Shown here: positions 61,696 through 64,000 of the stretch, piece by piece
Layout: each line of letters opens with the position of its first letter
Position numbering within the stretch: position 1 is the stretch's first letter
The notes under the pieces: generated by a model
The model's input: only the letters and a program-made list of their open reading frames with translations
The model's database searches: none
What the model was told of the DNA's origin: nothing
Program-made: the position numbers and the translations under genes
Assembly: GCA_016195825.1 (NCBI GenBank)
Contig: JACPYV010000130.1
Location: 3,719-67,718, forward strand
Length of the DNA: 64,000 nucleotides
Direction of reading: 5' to 3'
Source of the DNA: Burkholderiales bacterium
Lineage (GTDB): Bacteria; Pseudomonadota; Gammaproteobacteria; Burkholderiales; Burkholderiaceae_C

Positions 61696-63138
61696 ATGTT
61701 GTCCACCCAGCTCCCGCACGACGCCGCCTATGCGGCGCTGCAGGCCCGCGACGCGCGCTTCGACGGCCGGCTGTTCGTAGGCGTCACGTCAACCGGCATC
61801 TACTGCCGCCCGGTCTGCCGCGTGCGTCTGCCGCGGCGCGAGAACTGCCGCTTCTTCGACACTGCCGCCCAGGCCGAGGCCGAGCGCTTTCGCCCCTGCA
61901 TGAAATGCCGTCCCGAGCTGGCGCCGCGCGCGCTGGCCTGGACGACCGTGGACGCCTCGCGCACGCTGGCCAGCCAAGCCGCAGCCTGGCTAGATGCCTG
62001 CGACGACGCCGAGGCCAGCGTCGAGGGGCTGGCGGCGCATCTGGGCATCACCAGCCGGCACCTGCGCCGCATCTTCCAGGCCGAGCACGGCGTGTCGCCG
62101 CTGCAATACCTGCAGACACGCCGGCTGCTGCTGGCCAAGGCCTTGCTGACCGACAGCACATTGCCCGTCAGCGACGTCGCGTTCGCAGCGGGCTTTGCCA
62201 GCCTGCGCCGCTTCAATGCGGCTTTCGTCGAGCATTACCGGCTGCAGCCGACAGCCTTGCGCCGCGAAGGTGGCGGCGCAGCGCCGGCATCGCGGCTGCG
62301 GCTGAGCTATCGCCAGCCGTATGACGTGGCCGGCGTGCTGGCCTTTCTGGCGCCGCGTGCCGTCGCCGGTGTCGAAGTCGTGGCGGCGGGTAGCGTCACG
62401 CGCACGCTGGCGTTGACGCACGCGGGTGAGCGTTTTGCTGGCTGGCTGCGCGCCAGCTTCGACAAGCCCGGCCAGGTCGGCGTCGAGCTGTCGCCCAACC
62501 TTTGGCCGGCCGTCGGGTCTCTGCTGCCTTTGCTGCGCCGCTGGCTGGACCTGGACGCCGACCCGGAGGCCATCGCCGCGGCCTTGGGTGAGACCGCCGT
62601 GCCGGGCCAGCGCCTACCGGGCTGCCTGGACCGCTTCGAGCTGACGGTGCGGGCCGTGCTGGGCCAGCAGGTCACGGTGGCCGCCGCGCGGACCCTTGCT
62701 GGGCGCTTCGTTGAGCGCTTCGGCGAACTGCTGACCGACGCCCCCGAGGGCTGCGGCCGTCTTTTTCCGACACCCGGGCGCATCGCCGCCGCCACGCGTG
62801 ACGAGATCGCATCGCTGGGCATCATCGGCCGCCGGGCCGACAGCCTCATCGCACTGGCGCAGGCCTGGCCCACACTGGCTTTTTCCCGCCGCGAGGGCTC
62901 ACCCGAGGCCGCGGCCGCGGAGCTGACCGCCATCCCCGGCATCGGTCCCTGGACCGCCGGCTACATGCTGATGCGCGGCTGGAGCTGGCCCGACGCCTTC
63001 CCCCCTGGCGACGTCGTGTTGCGCAAAGCCCTCGGTGGCGCGGGCCCGTTGCCTTCGCCCAAGGCCTATCTCGAGGCGGCCGAGCGCTATCGCCCCTATC
63101 GCAGCTACGCCGTCCTTCACCTCTGGAGAACGGCTTGA
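61696..63138 (+). CDS. alkA: Ada Zn-binding/AraC-AlkA fusion (3-methyladenine DNA glycosylase II family)
   Basis: GIYCRPVC...RPCMKCRP, AraC HTH, AlkA_N, IPGIGPWTA HhH, FPPGD. Confidence 0.9.
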   Translation: MLSTQLPHDAAYAALQARDARFDGRLFVGVTSTGIYCRPVCRVRLPRRENCRFFDTAAQAEAERFRPCMKCRPELAPRALAWTTVDASRTLASQAAAWLDACDDAEASVEGLAAHLGITSRHLRRIFQAEHGVSPLQYLQTRRLLLAKALLTDSTLPVSDVAFAAGFASLRRFNAAFVEHYRLQPTALRREGGGAAPASRLRLSYRQPYDVAGVLAFLAPRAVAGVEVVAAGSVTRTLALTHAGERFAGWLRASFDKPGQVGVELSPNLWPAVGSLLPLLRRWLDLDADPEAIAAALGETAVPGQRLPGCLDRFELTVRAVLGQQVTVAAARTLAGRFVERFGELLTDAPEGCGRLFPTPGRIAAATRDEIASLGIIGRRADSLIALAQAWPTLAFSRREGSPEAAAAELTAIPGIGPWTAGYMLMRGWSWPDAFPPGDVVLRKALGGAGPLPSPKAYLEAAERYRPYRSYAVLHLWRTA

Positions 63139-63245
63139 CCCAGCCCCTACGCGCTTCGCGCCCCCTTAAAAGGGCACTGCCAGCTGCCTGGCAAAGCCAG
63201 TTCCGCGGCAGTCGCGCGGTCATTCAGAAAGATTGGAGTTCCTCA
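63139..63245. other. Multi-hairpin intergenic element between alkA and ogt
   Basis: CGCG-CTT-CGCG; GCCC..GGGC; ACTGCC...GGCAGT enclosing CTGGC-AAA-GCCAG. Confidence 0.3.
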
Positions 63246-63734
63246 ATGACGCACCACGTTTTGCAACGCAGGATCGAGACCCCACTCGGGCCGCTGACCG
63301 CCGCGCGCAGTGCCACGGGCCTGTCAGGCCTGTGGTTCGACGGCCAGAAGCACCATCCCGGCGCTCTGGCGGTACCCGAGGACGATGGCAGCGACCCGGT
63401 GCTGTCGGCTACCGCGACGGCGCTGGCGGCCTACTTCAGCGGCAAGCCCTTCGACATGCCACCGCTGGACCCGGCCGGCACCGTCTTCCAGCGCGAGGTC
63501 TGGCAGGCCTTGCTGAGCATCGTGCCCGGTACGCCGGACACCTACGGCCACCTGGCAGAACGCCTGGGCCGGGCGCAGGCGGCGAGGGCCCTGGGTGCGG
63601 CGGTAGGCCGCAACCCCATCTCCATCCTCATTCCCTGCCACCGCGTCGTCGGCGCCGATGGCTCGCTGACCGGCTATGCCGGCGGTCTCGATCGCAAGCA
63701 GGCCCTGCTGGCCCTGGAAGGCTGCACGGCATGA
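63246..63734 (+). CDS. ogt: Methylated-DNA-protein-cysteine methyltransferase
   Basis: GTVFQREVW, ARALGAAVGRNP, PCHRV active site, GYAGG. Confidence 0.9.
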   Translation: MTHHVLQRRIETPLGPLTAARSATGLSGLWFDGQKHHPGALAVPEDDGSDPVLSATATALAAYFSGKPFDMPPLDPAGTVFQREVWQALLSIVPGTPDTYGHLAERLGRAQAARALGAAVGRNPISILIPCHRVVGADGSLTGYAGGLDRKQALLALEGCTA

Positions 63735-64000
63735 AGGCTTTCGACGTCGGCGAACTGGTGCTGCTCGCTGCGCTCTGGGGCGCTTCGTTTCTGTTCATGC
63801 GCCTGGGCGTCCATGAGTTCGGGCCGCTGGTTCTGGCGGCAGTGCGCGTGGGCCTGGCCAGCGTGCTGCTCATCCCGCTGCTGGCCTCGCGCGGCCAACT
63901 CGGCATGCTGCGCGAGCACTGGAAGGGTCTGCTGATCGTCGGTGCCTTGAACAGCGCAATTCCTTTCGTGCTCTTCTCCTTCGCGGCGCTGTCCATCACG
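63731..64000 (+). CDS. EamA/DMT-family transporter, 5' part (runs off the window)
   Basis: ATG overlaps the ogt stop; LLAALWGASFLFMR..., LNSAIPF; not in the ORF track because it has no stop in the window. Confidence 0.8.
   Translation, partial: MKAFDVGELVLLAALWGASFLFMRLGVHEFGPLVLAAVRVGLASVLLIPLLASRGQLGMLREHWKGLLIVGALNSAIPFVLFSFAALSIT

Overview
A GC-rich Burkholderiales-type chromosomal segment; gene content suggests the Roseateles/Pelomonas/Rubrivivax group, which is an inference. It is mostly core genome: the gyrA-serC-pheA-tyrA-aroA/cmk-rpsA-ihfB-lapA-lapB run, ompA-ubiG-gph-ssrA (tmRNA), lexA, dapC-dapD-pilU-prmB, queF, smc-zipA, ligA, pgm-waaA and ada/alkA-ogt. Small accessory blocks are interspersed: an msbA plus four-glycosyltransferase cassette, a PEP-CTERM phytase-like protein, ohrR-ohr, a secreted GH13 amylase, a 687-aa two-module membrane protein, a LysR-pirin-EmrAB-NodT efflux cassette and a LytS/LytTR pair. 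I saw no integrase, transposase, prophage, CRISPR array or defence system, and I cannot claim a clear-cut new multi-gene system. The best leads are: (1) a GyrA whose alpha3 helix (residues 64-74) is rewritten while S83/D87 are wild type, within a codon-atypical 5' patch; (2) a ~1000-codon membrane/spermidine-synthase-like gene coupled to waaA and split by one in-frame TAG; (3) a fused two-module protein whose C-terminal half may be an orphan T6SS-immunity-like domain; (4) an alpha-amylase with both conserved -1 subsite histidines replaced; (5) a frameshifted comEA remnant at the edge of the glycosyltransferase cassette; (6) several readable operator motifs (tandem LexA, Pho-like, OhrR, HexR-like, LytTR-like, IHF). 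Family assignments come from motif recognition by eye; no database searches were run.
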